DNA of 64,000 nt. Origin: Chitinophaga pinensis (lineage in GTDB: Bacteria > Bacteroidota > Bacteroidia > UBA7662). The stretch is from positions 1,169 through 65,168 of the forward strand of contig CAMCHJ010000004.1 in the NCBI GenBank assembly GCA_945874665.1, given 5' to 3'. Positions 17,545-28,374 of this stretch are shown in pieces (the first letter of the stretch is position 1; the number at the start of each line of letters is the position of its first letter). Below the pieces are notes generated by a model. It did no database searches, had not been told where the DNA came from, and saw nothing but the letters and a program-made list of their open reading frames with translations. A program made the position numbers and the translations under genes.

Positions 17545-18987
17545 CTAAGGCTTGATAAAAGCACTTAAGCTGCCGCTACTACTTATGAAGAGCAGGATAT
17601 AGCGCTCGCTCAACTGCACTTCGTTTGGTTCAAGTCTGTCGATACGGCCAGAAAGGGTTAAAAATTCACCGAGCGATTGCTGTTTTATACTGTTTTCTGC
17701 CATTTTTCGAACTTCCGCTAACTCTTTTTGAATGGGATACCGTAACTGGGCCTCTACCTGCTTGCGGAAGGTGCTTTTGAACAGCCATTCTGCCGATTGC
17801 AGCAAAATATCGCGCGACTTGATATCGAAATCGAAGTCTTTAATGCGGATTTCCATACTCTTGGCATCGTAATATGGCGTGCCCTTGAAATAATAGGTGC
17901 CGTCGATCTTCTTTTTGCCAATCCAACCAGCCTTGGCCTTCCCCACTAGCTTTACTTTGGCTACCAGGGTATTGCCCTTGCCGTACAACAGTATGTCTTC
18001 GATGCGGATTTGGTGCTTGCCATTTTCGAAGCTAAAAGTTTGTTTGCTGAGGTTGTCGTTGGCCAAACGGGTGGCTGTGGCGTAGTCGAGACCAGCTACT
18101 AAACGCAGCTGCACCGCCTCCTGCAAAGGTTGGTTCACCCTTAAATTGGGTACTGGCTTGGGAATGCGTTTAGCGCCTGCTATTTCGCCAGTGGTACTGA
18201 GCAGTACTGTGGTGCGTATGCCGGCCGTGGTGCGCAAGGCGGTGGCATCGGTTACGAGGGGTGCTAAATAAATCGAATCGGGGGCGAGGTAGAGCATGGC
18301 AGGTACAGGACCGCTGATGGCAATCGGCTCAAACAGTTTCTTCCAGTAACCTGCTACCTGGCTCTTAAATTGTAATTGCTTTTTGGCTTCGGCATCTAAA
18401 GTGGCTGCTATGCGGGCTAGCTGTTGCTCTACCACCTTCTCTACCACAGTGCCAATGGGGATTTTGAGGATACCGACTTCTAGATAGGGGCGTTCAGTCC
18501 ATTTAAACGAAACCTGCGACTGCGTTTGTACCCGCCAATCTTCTAAAACCTGGACTTTACTGCTGAGTGTTACTTCGATGTTGAATTGTGCATCTTGCTG
18601 CAGCTGTGGTGCATGGGTATTGCTTAACAGGCCGCCTAAAGTCGACTTCACCCTTGCTTTTACGTAAATATTCAACGGCACTTTGACTTGTAAAAATTCG
18701 CCTTTGGCGCCCACTCGCATAGGTGCGGTGCGTTTTACAACGAGCATCAGGTCGTCGCCCCCATTGTCGTTGTAGTCACGGTCCTCGTACAATAGCTCCC
18801 CAATTTCACGGTTTAAAATGCTGGCTATGTCGGCATATGGCAAGCTTATCGGGATGTTAACCGTGCTCATCGGCAAGGTTACTTCGGCTGCTTTGTTGGA
18901 GAGTGTAGGCGCGGGGGCGTCTTCTATCTTGCGACTGCAACTGCTGGCCATCACAGCCAAGAGTAGAAAAAGCAAGGGTATTTTCAT
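17545..18987 (-). CDS. DUF4403-like lipoprotein
   Basis: Lipobox ASSC, S.VNIPISL N-terminus, beta-rich, ~480 aa. Confidence 0.65.
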   Translation of the reverse strand: MKIPLLFLLLAVMASSCSRKIEDAPAPTLSNKAAEVTLPMSTVNIPISLPYADIASILNREIGELLYEDRDYNDNGGDDLMLVVKRTAPMRVGAKGEFLQVKVPLNIYVKARVKSTLGGLLSNTHAPQLQQDAQFNIEVTLSSKVQVLEDWRVQTQSQVSFKWTERPYLEVGILKIPIGTVVEKVVEQQLARIAATLDAEAKKQLQFKSQVAGYWKKLFEPIAISGPVPAMLYLAPDSIYLAPLVTDATALRTTAGIRTTVLLSTTGEIAGAKRIPKPVPNLRVNQPLQEAVQLRLVAGLDYATATRLANDNLSKQTFSFENGKHQIRIEDILLYGKGNTLVAKVKLVGKAKAGWIGKKKIDGTYYFKGTPYYDAKSMEIRIKDFDFDIKSRDILLQSAEWLFKSTFRKQVEAQLRYPIQKELAEVRKMAENSIKQQSLGEFLTLSGRIDRLEPNEVQLSERYILLFISSSGSLSAFIKP

Positions 18988-19568
18988 AGGGTCCTAGCCT
19001 TCATGCCAACCGAAAAACAATGTCGGCAGCGAGGTTCGTAGCTTTCTTTTTCACCCAATAGTACCTTACTGTCGCTGGCCGTAGTGCGATAACTGTGACT
19101 TGCCAAATCGCCGCATTGCACACAAATGGCATGTACCTTGGTTACGTATTCCGCTACCGATAGCAGCTGGGGCATTGGGCCAAAAGGTTTGCCGAGGTAG
19201 TCCATATCTAAGCCCGCAATAATCACCCTGCTGCCTCTTGCGGCCAGTTGCTGGGCGACGCTGATGAGCTCTTCGTCGAAAAATTGGGCTTCGTCTATGC
19301 CAATTACCTCCACTTCGGAGGCATACAGCAAGATATTGGAGGCGTGTTCCACGGGGGTGGAAGGGATGCTGTTGGCATTATGTGATACAATAGCGCTTTC
19401 ATCGTAGCGGGTATCAAGCAGCGGCTTAAAAATCTCAGTTTTTTGATTGGCAAACTGGGCGCGTCGCAATCTGCGGATGAGTTCCTCCGTTTTACCAGAG
19501 AACATCGAGCCGCAGATAACTTCAATCCAGCCTTTTTGATGGCCGTGGATACGTGGTTCGGTGAACAT
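18984..19568 (-). CDS. tdk: Thymidine kinase
   Basis: GSMFSGKT P-loop, IDEAQF, Zn-binding CVQC...CRHC. Confidence 0.96.
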   Translation of the reverse strand: MFTEPRIHGHQKGWIEVICGSMFSGKTEELIRRLRRAQFANQKTEIFKPLLDTRYDESAIVSHNANSIPSTPVEHASNILLYASEVEVIGIDEAQFFDEELISVAQQLAARGSRVIIAGLDMDYLGKPFGPMPQLLSVAEYVTKVHAICVQCGDLASHSYRTTASDSKVLLGEKESYEPRCRHCFSVGMKARTL

Positions 19569-19647
19569 GTTTTTTGATTCGTAAAGAAGACCGTACCTTA
19601 GTAGCGGAAAACAAAAATAGTATTTTCAATTGCCAAAACAGCGCCTC

Positions 19648-20520
19648 ATGCACGATAGCCATAAAATTCGAACCTTACTTGCTTGTATCGACGATTTAAC
19701 CAAAGCCGTACAGGAAATGTCGGCTGAGGCAGATGTCCATCAAGCCGATCAAGACCTGCTTTTGTACCGAAGCCGCTTGTTTTATGAGGCTGTTTTGTGC
19801 ATGCCCACGGCTGATGCGGTGGCACCTCTGGCACCAGCCCCTTCAGCGGTAGCCGAGAGTACGGAAGGAGCAGCGTCTAGTTTGATGAATTCCTTTACCG
19901 AAGCCCTTGAGCACACCATTGAAGCGGCAGTAGAGCAAGCCATCGGTCAAAATCAGGAAGTGGAGGTAGATTTAACCTTGGAAACCACTCATGAGCTTGA
20001 AACAACAGCTGTTGAAGAGGTACTTGTGGTAATGGAAGAGGAGGCGTCAGTGGTTGCAGCAGCGGTTTTGGAAGTAGAAGCCGAGCCGGCAGATGCGGTA
20101 GAAGAAGCAGTTCCCGCGGCTGATGCAGCTACAGCCGAAGCGGCCACCCCCGCCACTCCTGAAGCCATACCCGCTCCAGCAGCCAAAACACCTGCCAAAA
20201 GCATGGCCTTTTCGCTAACGGGCATCATCGAACGTTCCGGCAACAGCCACTTGGTGATGGCGCATCTCAAGCTAAAGCCTATCGATGACCTCAAATCAGG
20301 CATTGGCCTCAATGAAAAGTTCCTGTTCATCCGTGAGCTGTTTGGTAACGATCACCTGGCCTATGCCGATGCCATCGAAAAGCTCAACGCCGCTCCAACG
20401 CTGGCAGCCGCTGAAAAAATATTGGCTGCAGAGGTATTGCCGCAACAGCAGTGGGACCTCGAAACCGAAGCCGCCCTGTCGTTTTTACACCTGATTTTTA
20501 GAAGATTCGCTACGTCTTAA
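19648..20520 (+). CDS. Hypothetical protein with acidic/Ala-Pro low-complexity linker and conserved-looking helical C-terminal domain
   Basis: E/A/P-rich middle; C-terminal DLKSGIGLNEKFLFIRELFG...RRF. Confidence 0.75.
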   Translation: MHDSHKIRTLLACIDDLTKAVQEMSAEADVHQADQDLLLYRSRLFYEAVLCMPTADAVAPLAPAPSAVAESTEGAASSLMNSFTEALEHTIEAAVEQAIGQNQEVEVDLTLETTHELETTAVEEVLVVMEEEASVVAAAVLEVEAEPADAVEEAVPAADAATAEAATPATPEAIPAPAAKTPAKSMAFSLTGIIERSGNSHLVMAHLKLKPIDDLKSGIGLNEKFLFIRELFGNDHLAYADAIEKLNAAPTLAAAEKILAAEVLPQQQWDLETEAALSFLHLIFRRFATS

Positions 20521-21320
20521 GCCGGCTCTGCCTGTAAATCCAGCTCGCTTTGTCCAGTTAAAAACTGTATAGCAGCCTCATTAAAGCGCTGGGCTTGCTC
20601 AATGGTTACCACATGACCGCACTGCTCTACCACTTCTAATGTGGCCGCTTTTGTGCGGGCAACCATGTCGGCCACAGTGGGTAAAAACATATGGTCTTGC
20701 CTGCCCATTACATAAAGCGTTGGAATATCAGGCAAAGCCGCTTCGAAGCGCCGCAGGATGGGTGTTAGCTGTCCTGTAAGCTTGTACCACCGTAAAAACT
20801 CCTTGCGCGCCAGCTTTTGGGCTTCCCTGATGAAAAAATTACGCGATTCGGCATGGTTGGCCCGAGGCATGATTACAAAAGCAAACAGCTTGTATAACCA
20901 CATGAAGGGCAAAACATTTTTAAACATCCGGCCCAATCCCACAAAAAACTTACCCCTTACATCCAGCTTGGTAATGGCACCGGCCATCACCATGCTGCTC
21001 ACGCGTTGCGGGTGCATTTCGGCGAGTTGCCTAATCACTATGGTGCCCAGCGAAACGCCCACAAAATGGGCTTTGGCAATTTGCAAGTGATCGAGCACTT
21101 CCAAAACATCACTGGCAATGGCTTCAAAAGAGTACTGCTGCGCATTTTCGGTAACACCCGGCGAGCGCCCATGCCCCCGCAAATCTACCAGCAGTAAATT
21201 AAAATGAGCACTAAAAGCACGCACCTGCTTGTACCAAATAGAGGAGTTGCCCCCCGCACCGTGGATAAAAACCACCCAAGGAGCAGTCTGACTGTGCGCA
21301 TGTGTTTTGTAGTGCAGCAT
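20517..21320 (-). CDS. Alpha/beta hydrolase
   Basis: FIHGAGG, DLRGHGRS, GVSLG nucleophile elbow, CGH. Confidence 0.9.
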   Translation of the reverse strand: MLHYKTHAHSQTAPWVVFIHGAGGNSSIWYKQVRAFSAHFNLLLVDLRGHGRSPGVTENAQQYSFEAIASDVLEVLDHLQIAKAHFVGVSLGTIVIRQLAEMHPQRVSSMVMAGAITKLDVRGKFFVGLGRMFKNVLPFMWLYKLFAFVIMPRANHAESRNFFIREAQKLARKEFLRWYKLTGQLTPILRRFEAALPDIPTLYVMGRQDHMFLPTVADMVARTKAATLEVVEQCGHVVTIEQAQRFNEAAIQFLTGQSELDLQAEPA

Positions 21321-21362
21321 AAATAATGAACCTGTGAACGGGGATAACTAAATTAAAACAGC

Positions 21363-22058
21363 TTATGGTTGCGCAGTGTAAAGCAAAACTTGTTGATTTT
21401 TCATGTTTGAGCGACGCACGGCAATTACCTGCAAGGCTTGATCGTCGATGGGAAGAGAAGCTACGCCATCAATTGTTGCCAGAAGCGTGTGCGCCTCTTC
21501 GTCAAAAGCCTCTTCGCTGCCCAAGCTGCCGCGGTAAAATTTTACATTGGTGGCGCCGTTGCTCAAACGGATTTCCCACTTCCCAGCCTTTTCTTGCACC
21601 ACAATGCTTGGCTGCTTGATGGCTTTGCCGTTGAGTTGGTACTCGAGCAAACCAGGGACCGTTTTGCCGCCCTTCCACTTCAATACCGCCATGAGCTCAC
21701 CAGTATTGTAGTATTTTTTTTCAATGCCTTCTTTTTGATTGGCTACAAATTGAGCCTCTTGATACAATATGCCATCCTTGTAATACCACTTACTCCAGCC
21801 GTTTTTTAGGTTTGCTTGGTATTCGATGGCTGCAGCGAGCTGTCCACTTTCGTAATATTCACGTGCCACGCCATGCCGCATCCCGTCTTTTACAGGGACT
21901 TCGTTGCGGATTTTACCGTCTTCGTAGTAGTTTTTGGAGATGCCTGCGATTAGCCTGCCCGAAGCGTCTTTTACAAGCGTAGGCTCTTTTTCGGCGGTTT
22001 CGCAACTCGAAAAACCAACCAAAAAAGCGAGGAGTAAAGGGAGGAATGGCGTTTTCAT
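21363..22058 (-). CDS. MORN-variant repeat (YwqK-like) lipoprotein
   Basis: Lipobox FSSC; repeated G..K.YY.DG units. Confidence 0.75.
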   Translation of the reverse strand: MKTPFLPLLLAFLVGFSSCETAEKEPTLVKDASGRLIAGISKNYYEDGKIRNEVPVKDGMRHGVAREYYESGQLAAAIEYQANLKNGWSKWYYKDGILYQEAQFVANQKEGIEKKYYNTGELMAVLKWKGGKTVPGLLEYQLNGKAIKQPSIVVQEKAGKWEIRLSNGATNVKFYRGSLGSEEAFDEEAHTLLATIDGVASLPIDDQALQVIAVRRSNMKNQQVLLYTAQP

Positions 22059-22111
22059 GTGTGACTTGAGTTGTAAGATAACCATTTAAAGGCCTTCCCC
22101 AAAATGCAATG

Positions 22112-23458
22112 CTACTGCCAGCGCGATAGGTTTTCGCAGCTTAGGTACTCCTGATCAATGTTGATATAGGTTTTGACCTTGGTTTTCATGAACCAAGCCT
22201 GTACCGTTTCAATGCGTTTCATGCTTAATGCCGCGTTTTGAATGCGGGCGTAGTCGGTGTCGAGGTTGGCTTGGTGCGGACTGGTACGGCTTTTCAGATA
22301 AAAGACACGAAAACCGCGGCTGCCATCGGGTGCCGAATAAGGTTGCGGGTCGCTCATTTCGCCTGGCTTGAGTTTATCAATGGCGAAATATACGTCGGGC
22401 GTTAGTTGATTAATGGTAAAAGTGCTCGTACCGCTGTTGGCCTCCATGAGCATGCCTCCGTTTTGCTTGCTTTCCTCGTCTTCCGAATGCTTTCGCACAG
22501 CGGCTGTAAAGTCAAGATTACCGGCAGTAATTTCTTTGCGAATAGAGTCTAACCGTATGCGCGCACCGTCTAACTCGCGGTTGCCTACAGGGGGTTTGAT
22601 GAGGATGTGGCGGCAATGTACCCGGTCGCCGCGGCGCTCTACTAATTGCAGGATGTGGTAACCAAACTTGGTGCGGATTACCGACGAAATTTCACCTGGC
22701 TTGAGCTTGAAGGCCACAGCTTCAAATTCGGGTACCATCTCGCCACGGCCAAAAAAGCCCAATGAACCACCTTCTTTGGCCGACCCTGGGTCCTCAGAAT
22801 ATAAAAGGGCAAGGGTGGTAAAATTTTCACCCTTCAAAATCCTGCTGCGAATATCGCCGAGCTTCTCAATGGTAAACTCTTTTTGCACAGGGCCAATTTC
22901 TGGGAAAAGTACAATTTGGCCTATTTCAATTTCTGCGTCAAAGTAAGGGATACTGTCAGCAGGCACTTTGGCGAAATAAGCCTGCACCTCACGTGGTGAA
23001 ATGGTAACGTTTTGCGTGATTTGCTCCTGCATTTTTTGCGCCAAAACCATTTCTTTGATCTGGGGGCGAAACTCTTCTTTGATCTCGAGTATGGATTTAC
23101 CGTAAAACTCTTCGAGTTTTTCGCGACTGCCAATCATGGAAATGAAATAGCGCATCCGGCGATCAATTTGGCCTTCAATTTCTTCGTCGCTTACCTCTAA
23201 GGAGTCGAGCTCCGCCTGCCGCAACATAAGTTTGTTGGTCAGCAACTGGTCGATGATGATGCACTTCATGTCGGGATCGGGGTCGTTGCCTTGCGCTATC
23301 CAGTTGGCATATTCCGACTCTACATCCGATTTGAGGATGATCTTATCGCCTACAACAGCCACCAAACCATCCACCATGCTCGATTTCGACGGCTGGGCCT
23401 TTACTAAAACCGCTGCCAGAAGCAACAGCATCACAAATATTGGTTTCTTTAAACGCAT
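22112..23458 (-). CDS. surA: SurA-like parvulin peptidyl-prolyl isomerase
   Basis: VDGLVAVVG..ILKSD N-domain and two PPIC domains (YSEDPGS..GGSLG, FGYHIL, RHILI). Confidence 0.8.
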   Translation of the reverse strand: MRLKKPIFVMLLLLAAVLVKAQPSKSSMVDGLVAVVGDKIILKSDVESEYANWIAQGNDPDPDMKCIIIDQLLTNKLMLRQAELDSLEVSDEEIEGQIDRRMRYFISMIGSREKLEEFYGKSILEIKEEFRPQIKEMVLAQKMQEQITQNVTISPREVQAYFAKVPADSIPYFDAEIEIGQIVLFPEIGPVQKEFTIEKLGDIRSRILKGENFTTLALLYSEDPGSAKEGGSLGFFGRGEMVPEFEAVAFKLKPGEISSVIRTKFGYHILQLVERRGDRVHCRHILIKPPVGNRELDGARIRLDSIRKEITAGNLDFTAAVRKHSEDEESKQNGGMLMEANSGTSTFTINQLTPDVYFAIDKLKPGEMSDPQPYSAPDGSRGFRVFYLKSRTSPHQANLDTDYARIQNAALSMKRIETVQAWFMKTKVKTYINIDQEYLSCENLSRWQ

Positions 23459-23474
23459 AAGTTGGTGCCAACCC

Positions 23475-24332
23475 CTATCGGGTCAACGCATAAATTTCAA
23501 TCTTTTTTTCTTCCTGAGCCTTTCGGTAACGCTCCTGGTAATAACGCTCAATAAACTCCTGTCGTCTCTGCAACAGAATCAAACTACGGATATTAAATAC
23601 TTCGAAGCTTAAAGGAGATGGCTCACCCACACTGCGATGGGCTTTCGTTACTAAAAAATACCGAAAAAGGGAGTCTTCTACCGTTTGCACTGTTTGGTGA
23701 CTTGTGAAGTTGAATTGCTGAATCAAATCAGGGTCCATCCCCCGCATCACCTCATCTACATACACCCAATTGGTGTCAGGGAGTTGCGAGCTAAAGGCAT
23801 ACTGAAAACAATAATCAGCCAGGGCCTCCGCGTCTTTTTCGCGTTTGGAGAGCAACAATCGCCGCAATTTATCTTGCTTTGGGGCCTTCAATTCTACTTT
23901 CACAAAACGACCTTTCATCAAGGCCCTGCGCAGTTCGAATTGCTCTTTGTTGGCATTATAATAGGTTTCCACCACTTTTTCGTCGATACTGGTGTCCATT
24001 TGCGGCGCCAAAATCTCCGTTTCAAAACGGTAGCGCAGCAGCGAAAGCCTGTAATCTTCGAGCTTGTCGCTGAAGTCCTTTTGCTCTGGCCGCAATTGCT
24101 CCTCTGCCTCTAAAATAATCAGATGCTGCCGAATCCAAGTGTCGATGTAGGCCTTTGTGCGCTGTAAACTGTCTTCAGGCGAGCTGCCCTCTGGCACCAA
24201 ACCCTGCAAATTGGCTTGGTACAAGTACATTTTTCCTACACGCGCAACGGCATCTGCTTGCGGACCGCCTTTGTCAAAATATTGACAGCCCGCAAGTAGT
24301 AATCCGATGCTCAAGTAGGAAAGTAGTTTCAA
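23475..24332 (-). CDS. PPIase-associated lipoprotein
   Basis: Lipobox LAGC, VARVG..YLY; middle gene of the triple-PPIase operon. Confidence 0.7.
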   Translation of the reverse strand: MKLLSYLSIGLLLAGCQYFDKGGPQADAVARVGKMYLYQANLQGLVPEGSSPEDSLQRTKAYIDTWIRQHLIILEAEEQLRPEQKDFSDKLEDYRLSLLRYRFETEILAPQMDTSIDEKVVETYYNANKEQFELRRALMKGRFVKVELKAPKQDKLRRLLLSKREKDAEALADYCFQYAFSSQLPDTNWVYVDEVMRGMDPDLIQQFNFTSHQTVQTVEDSLFRYFLVTKAHRSVGEPSPLSFEVFNIRSLILLQRRQEFIERYYQERYRKAQEEKKIEIYALTR

Positions 24333-24334
24333 TG

Positions 24335-26290
24335 TTATTTAGGCAAAATGCTGTTAAAGGTATCCTTGTTGACTACCACTTTGTAGCGCGATTCCAAATC
24401 TTTGATCCACTCGCGCTCCAAATGCTGCTGATAGTCGGAGGTGGCCAAGCCTCTGATCTCAGATAATGGCTTTACTGATGGCTCTAAAAGGGCGTTGATG
24501 CGAACAAAAACAAACTGCCCGTTATGTTCTTTGATGTCGCTCAAACCTGTTTTTTGCTCGAACAAGGCCAGTATAGGCGTGCTTCCTGTTTCAAATTTGC
24601 CGCTGTTGATTTTGAGCGTCAACGGATTTTTGCTGTTGTGGGTGCTAAGTAACTTGGCGTGCGTGTTTTTCTTCTTGCCTGCGGCTTTCCGGATACTCTT
24701 GGCAGTTTTGGCGTCAATAACCGTGAAAATATCGGCGTCGGTACGCGCTTGGTACATGTATTTGCTGCCGTTGGTGGCATGAAACTCCTGCAAGCCAGTG
24801 GTGTCGGTTACGGCTTTCGACCAAACCATCTGGTCGGTGAGGTCAAACAACAGAATGCCTTCACGGTACTCTTTCATCAAAACACGGAAGTCGGCGAATT
24901 TGCTTTCTAAACGGCTGTCTTCGTAAGCCAACAGCTGCTCCTCAACCCAAGTCTGATACATTTTTTCAAGGAAGATGTTGAGGTCAGCCGACATTAGGAG
25001 GGGCTGTTTTGACTGATATAACTGCACTAAATCGCTTTGTTTGAATTTTTTATCACCAAAGCTGATCACCACTTCGTCTTTCACAAAATCGGCAGGCGTC
25101 CAAGTATTTTCGCGGTAAGCGCTTTCATTCATAACCTTCTGCACTGCTGTACGTGCTTTTTGGTTTTCAACGAACTTATACTCGGCCTTCAGTTTGTTGA
25201 GCAGATTGGCTTTGTTGATGTTGGCACGGGCGTCGCGGGCAATTCGAGCTTCGAGGTCAGATTTGGATTGCTCGAAGGAAGGCACGCCTCGCAAGTCAAT
25301 GCGCTTGATGATGTGCCAGCCGTAAGGGGTAAGGATGGGCTCCGAGAGGTCACCATCGTTTTTTAAACCAAAAGCGGTTTCTTCAAATTCGGCTACCATG
25401 CGGCCAGAACCAAAATAAGGCAACAGACCTTTGTTGGTAGAAGAGCTTGGGTCTTCGCTGTACTGCGCCACCAATTGCTCAAAATTTTCGCCTGCTTTGA
25501 TTTTTTTGTGCAGCTCTTGGATGCGCTTTTGGGTTTGGGCTTTGATGGAGTCGGTATCGGTGTTTTTAATGACCAACATGAGGTGCGCCACCCTGATTTC
25601 GCCACGTGCCGGGCGCTCGTCGGTTGCCTTGAGGATGTGGTAACCGTATTGGGTGCGGAAAACCGGCGAAATCTGCCCGATTTTGGTTTTGTAGGCCACG
25701 TCTTCAAAAGCATAAATCATGCGAAAAGCACTGAAGAAGCCCAGGTCGCCACCATTGTCCTTGGCCGATGGGTCTTCCGACAACTCGCGGGCCAATGCAC
25801 TAAAACTTTCTTCCTTCAGCAAGCGCTCGCGAATTTGGGTCGCTTTTTTGAAGGCTGCCAAACTGTCGGCAGCTGGTGCATTTTCTTCCACGCGAATCAT
25901 AATGTGACTCGCCCGACGCTCAGTGCGGGTACGCTCATAGGCCTCCATTAGCAAGGCTTCGTTACTTTCTTTGTCGCGCAAATAAGGCTGCGCCAGTTGC
26001 GTGCGGTAGTTGTCGAGCTCGCGCTTGAACTTGGCCGAGGTATCTAAACCCAAAGCGTAAGCCTCTTGCACTTTTAGCTTAAATTTAATGTATAGGTCGA
26101 GGTATTCATTTAAGTCGGCCGTCGTAGCTTCTTTTTTGCTGTAGTTGTTTTTGTTGAATACGGTCAAAAACTCATTCACACTCACGGCATCACCATTCAC
26201 TGAAAAAAGGACACGTTCATCAGCTTGGGCTAAAACCAAAGCAGGCGCGCTGATAAGGAACATTAGTGACAGGAAAAGTAATTTTTTCAT
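24335..26290 (-). CDS. Parvulin-type peptidyl-prolyl isomerase (two PPIC domains)
   Basis: ASHIM, SEDPSAKDNGGDLG, YGYHIL, YGWHII. Confidence 0.9.
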   Translation of the reverse strand: MKKLLFLSLMFLISAPALVLAQADERVLFSVNGDAVSVNEFLTVFNKNNYSKKEATTADLNEYLDLYIKFKLKVQEAYALGLDTSAKFKRELDNYRTQLAQPYLRDKESNEALLMEAYERTRTERRASHIMIRVEENAPAADSLAAFKKATQIRERLLKEESFSALARELSEDPSAKDNGGDLGFFSAFRMIYAFEDVAYKTKIGQISPVFRTQYGYHILKATDERPARGEIRVAHLMLVIKNTDTDSIKAQTQKRIQELHKKIKAGENFEQLVAQYSEDPSSSTNKGLLPYFGSGRMVAEFEETAFGLKNDGDLSEPILTPYGWHIIKRIDLRGVPSFEQSKSDLEARIARDARANINKANLLNKLKAEYKFVENQKARTAVQKVMNESAYRENTWTPADFVKDEVVISFGDKKFKQSDLVQLYQSKQPLLMSADLNIFLEKMYQTWVEEQLLAYEDSRLESKFADFRVLMKEYREGILLFDLTDQMVWSKAVTDTTGLQEFHATNGSKYMYQARTDADIFTVIDAKTAKSIRKAAGKKKNTHAKLLSTHNSKNPLTLKINSGKFETGSTPILALFEQKTGLSDIKEHNGQFVFVRINALLEPSVKPLSEIRGLATSDYQQHLEREWIKDLESRYKVVVNKDTFNSILPK

Positions 26291-26425
26291 ATAGCTATTA
26301 GTTGTTTAAAGATGCATGACTTCTTAACAATTACAACGCCAAATAAATCAACTCATTTTGCGCAATTGTTTTCGAAGAATTGCAAAAATAAAGATTAATA
26401 CACACCTGCGCCTTAGGTTTACAAA

Positions 26426-27115
26426 ATGTGGCACGCGATGCATCATTTTGTGGACTTATTTTACCCGCGCTTGTGCCTTGGGTGTAGTCGCAATTTGTAT
26501 GCACATGAGGCGGATATCTGCTGGACCTGCCTCTATCGGTTGCCCCGGACGCATTGGCATGGGATGGCCGATAACCCGCTAGAACGGCTTTTTTGGGGAA
26601 GGATGGATGTTAAAGCGGTGACCTCTTTGCTGTATTTTACCAAGTCGGGCGTTACCCAACAACTCCTCCACAAACTCAAATACAAGGGCATGCAGCAGGT
26701 GGGAATAAAGCTAGGAAATATTTTGGGAGAGGAGCTGAAGGGGAGTGAGCGGTATGCGGGACTAGACCTGATCATTCCGGTGCCCTTGCATCCCAAAAAG
26801 GAACATTCGCGGGGCTATAACCAAAGCATGCTCATTGCAAGGGGCTTGGCCGAGGCTTTGGAAGTGCCCACAAACGGCCAATTATTGGTGCGCCCGCAAT
26901 TCACCGAAACCCAAACCCGCAAAGGACGATTTGAACGTTGGGAAAATGTATCGGAAGCCTTCGTTTGTCCCCAACCCGCCCTCCTCCAAAATAAAAAAGT
27001 GCTCTTAGTCGACGATGTACTTACCACTGGTGCCACACTCGAAGCCTGCGGTCAGGTACTGCAAGGGGCTGGTGCACAGCTATGGATGGCTACTTTGGCT
27101 TGTGCCTTGCGCTGA
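26426..27115 (+). CDS. comF: ComF-family amidophosphoribosyltransferase-like protein
   Basis: CLGC..CWTC, PVPLH, RGYNQ, LLVDDVLTTGAT. Confidence 0.88.
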   Translation: MWHAMHHFVDLFYPRLCLGCSRNLYAHEADICWTCLYRLPRTHWHGMADNPLERLFWGRMDVKAVTSLLYFTKSGVTQQLLHKLKYKGMQQVGIKLGNILGEELKGSERYAGLDLIIPVPLHPKKEHSRGYNQSMLIARGLAEALEVPTNGQLLVRPQFTETQTRKGRFERWENVSEAFVCPQPALLQNKKVLLVDDVLTTGATLEACGQVLQGAGAQLWMATLACALR

Positions 27116-27281
27116 TATAGCGTTTGAACAGCCGCATGATTGACGCATAATTAAATGTAGCTGAGGTGCTTGCGTTTAAAACGCCGATAACAGCTTAATA
27201 TGTAATTTGATTTTGACCCCCGCTAGGCTTATCGTAATTTTGCCGTGGCACTATGTTTGTTGGGAGCATAGAAATTCCCCT

Positions 27282-28073
27282 ATGAAGAAGCTTCTTTTTT
27301 TACTTGCCTTTGTATTTACAGCTACTGGAATGGCAAGTCTAGAGGCGCAAGAATATGCGGTTCGAAACATTCATAACAAGGCTTTTAAAGAAGGTGAGGT
27401 GCTCACTTTTAAGCTACACTATGGCTTTATTAATGCAGGCATTGGCGAGTTGCGGGTGATGGATAAGTCTGTGAAAGTGGCAGGCAAAGCGTGCTTACAT
27501 GTGGTAGCAACGGGTAGAACGCTGAGCTCTTTTGATTGGATTTACAAAGTGCGCGACCGGTACGAAACTTACATCGATGAACAGGCGATGGTGCCGATGA
27601 AGTTTGTGAGGGATGTTTATGAGGGGGGCTATGTGTTTAAGGACAAATACGTTTTCGATCAGCAAACCAATAAAGTAAATGCGAATGGGGAGTATTTTGA
27701 GGTGCCGCACTATGTGCAGGACATCGTTTCGAGCTTTTATTTTGCACGGACCCTGGACTTTAGAAACACACGCAAAGGCGACACCTTCCAAGTACCTATG
27801 TTTTTAGATAAAGAAACACATCATTTTAAGTTCAGGTTTATGGGCCGCACCACCCTCGATTTAGACAAAGGGAAATTTAAGGTGATGATATTTATGCCAG
27901 TGGTTATGAAGGGCCGTGTTTTCAAAAACGAAGAAGACCTCACGGTATATGTTTCGGACGACGATAATAAAATACCGCTGCAAATCAAAGCCAACATCCT
28001 CATTGGTTCGGTTAAAATGACACTCACCGACTATTCGGGACTTAAAAACCCGATGACTTCCAAAATCGATTAG
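27282..28073 (+). CDS. DUF3108-family exported protein
   Basis: Signal peptide, F..GE.L.F..HYG, YKVRDRYETY, VSDD.NKIP. Confidence 0.8.
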   Translation: MKKLLFLLAFVFTATGMASLEAQEYAVRNIHNKAFKEGEVLTFKLHYGFINAGIGELRVMDKSVKVAGKACLHVVATGRTLSSFDWIYKVRDRYETYIDEQAMVPMKFVRDVYEGGYVFKDKYVFDQQTNKVNANGEYFEVPHYVQDIVSSFYFARTLDFRNTRKGDTFQVPMFLDKETHHFKFRFMGRTTLDLDKGKFKVMIFMPVVMKGRVFKNEEDLTVYVSDDDNKIPLQIKANILIGSVKMTLTDYSGLKNPMTSKID

Positions 28074-28374
28074 ACGCTACAGCTTGGGATAATGGCACAC
28101 ACTAAAGTCATGATGCAAATGCGAGGCATCCTGAAACAGGAGGAAATAAACGGGGTGATTTGCTCAACGCCTAATTGGTCAACCCCCCAAAAATTTATTA
28201 CTGCCTGATGGGCTTGTATGTTATGGCATCTTTAACAGTTGCGCCACAACAGCCTGGCTACTCTAACTACATCGGAAAGCTAAACCACAGCTCTTGATTG
28301 CCATCCCGCAAATTTGGTGCCTCAGTGCTTTGAAGTAGCTGATTATTAAGTATCTTACCTAGTAAAAGGTGTAT

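Noticed and set aside
21363..22058. YwqK-like protein as a toxin-antitoxin component
   Set aside because: It is a MORN-repeat lipoprotein with no neighbouring toxin gene; the family label alone is not evidence.
28074..28374. 300-bp intergenic gap with a 38-codon ORF starting at 28092 and small hairpins
   Set aside because: No recognisable riboswitch, terminator or protein motif; indistinguishable from chance.
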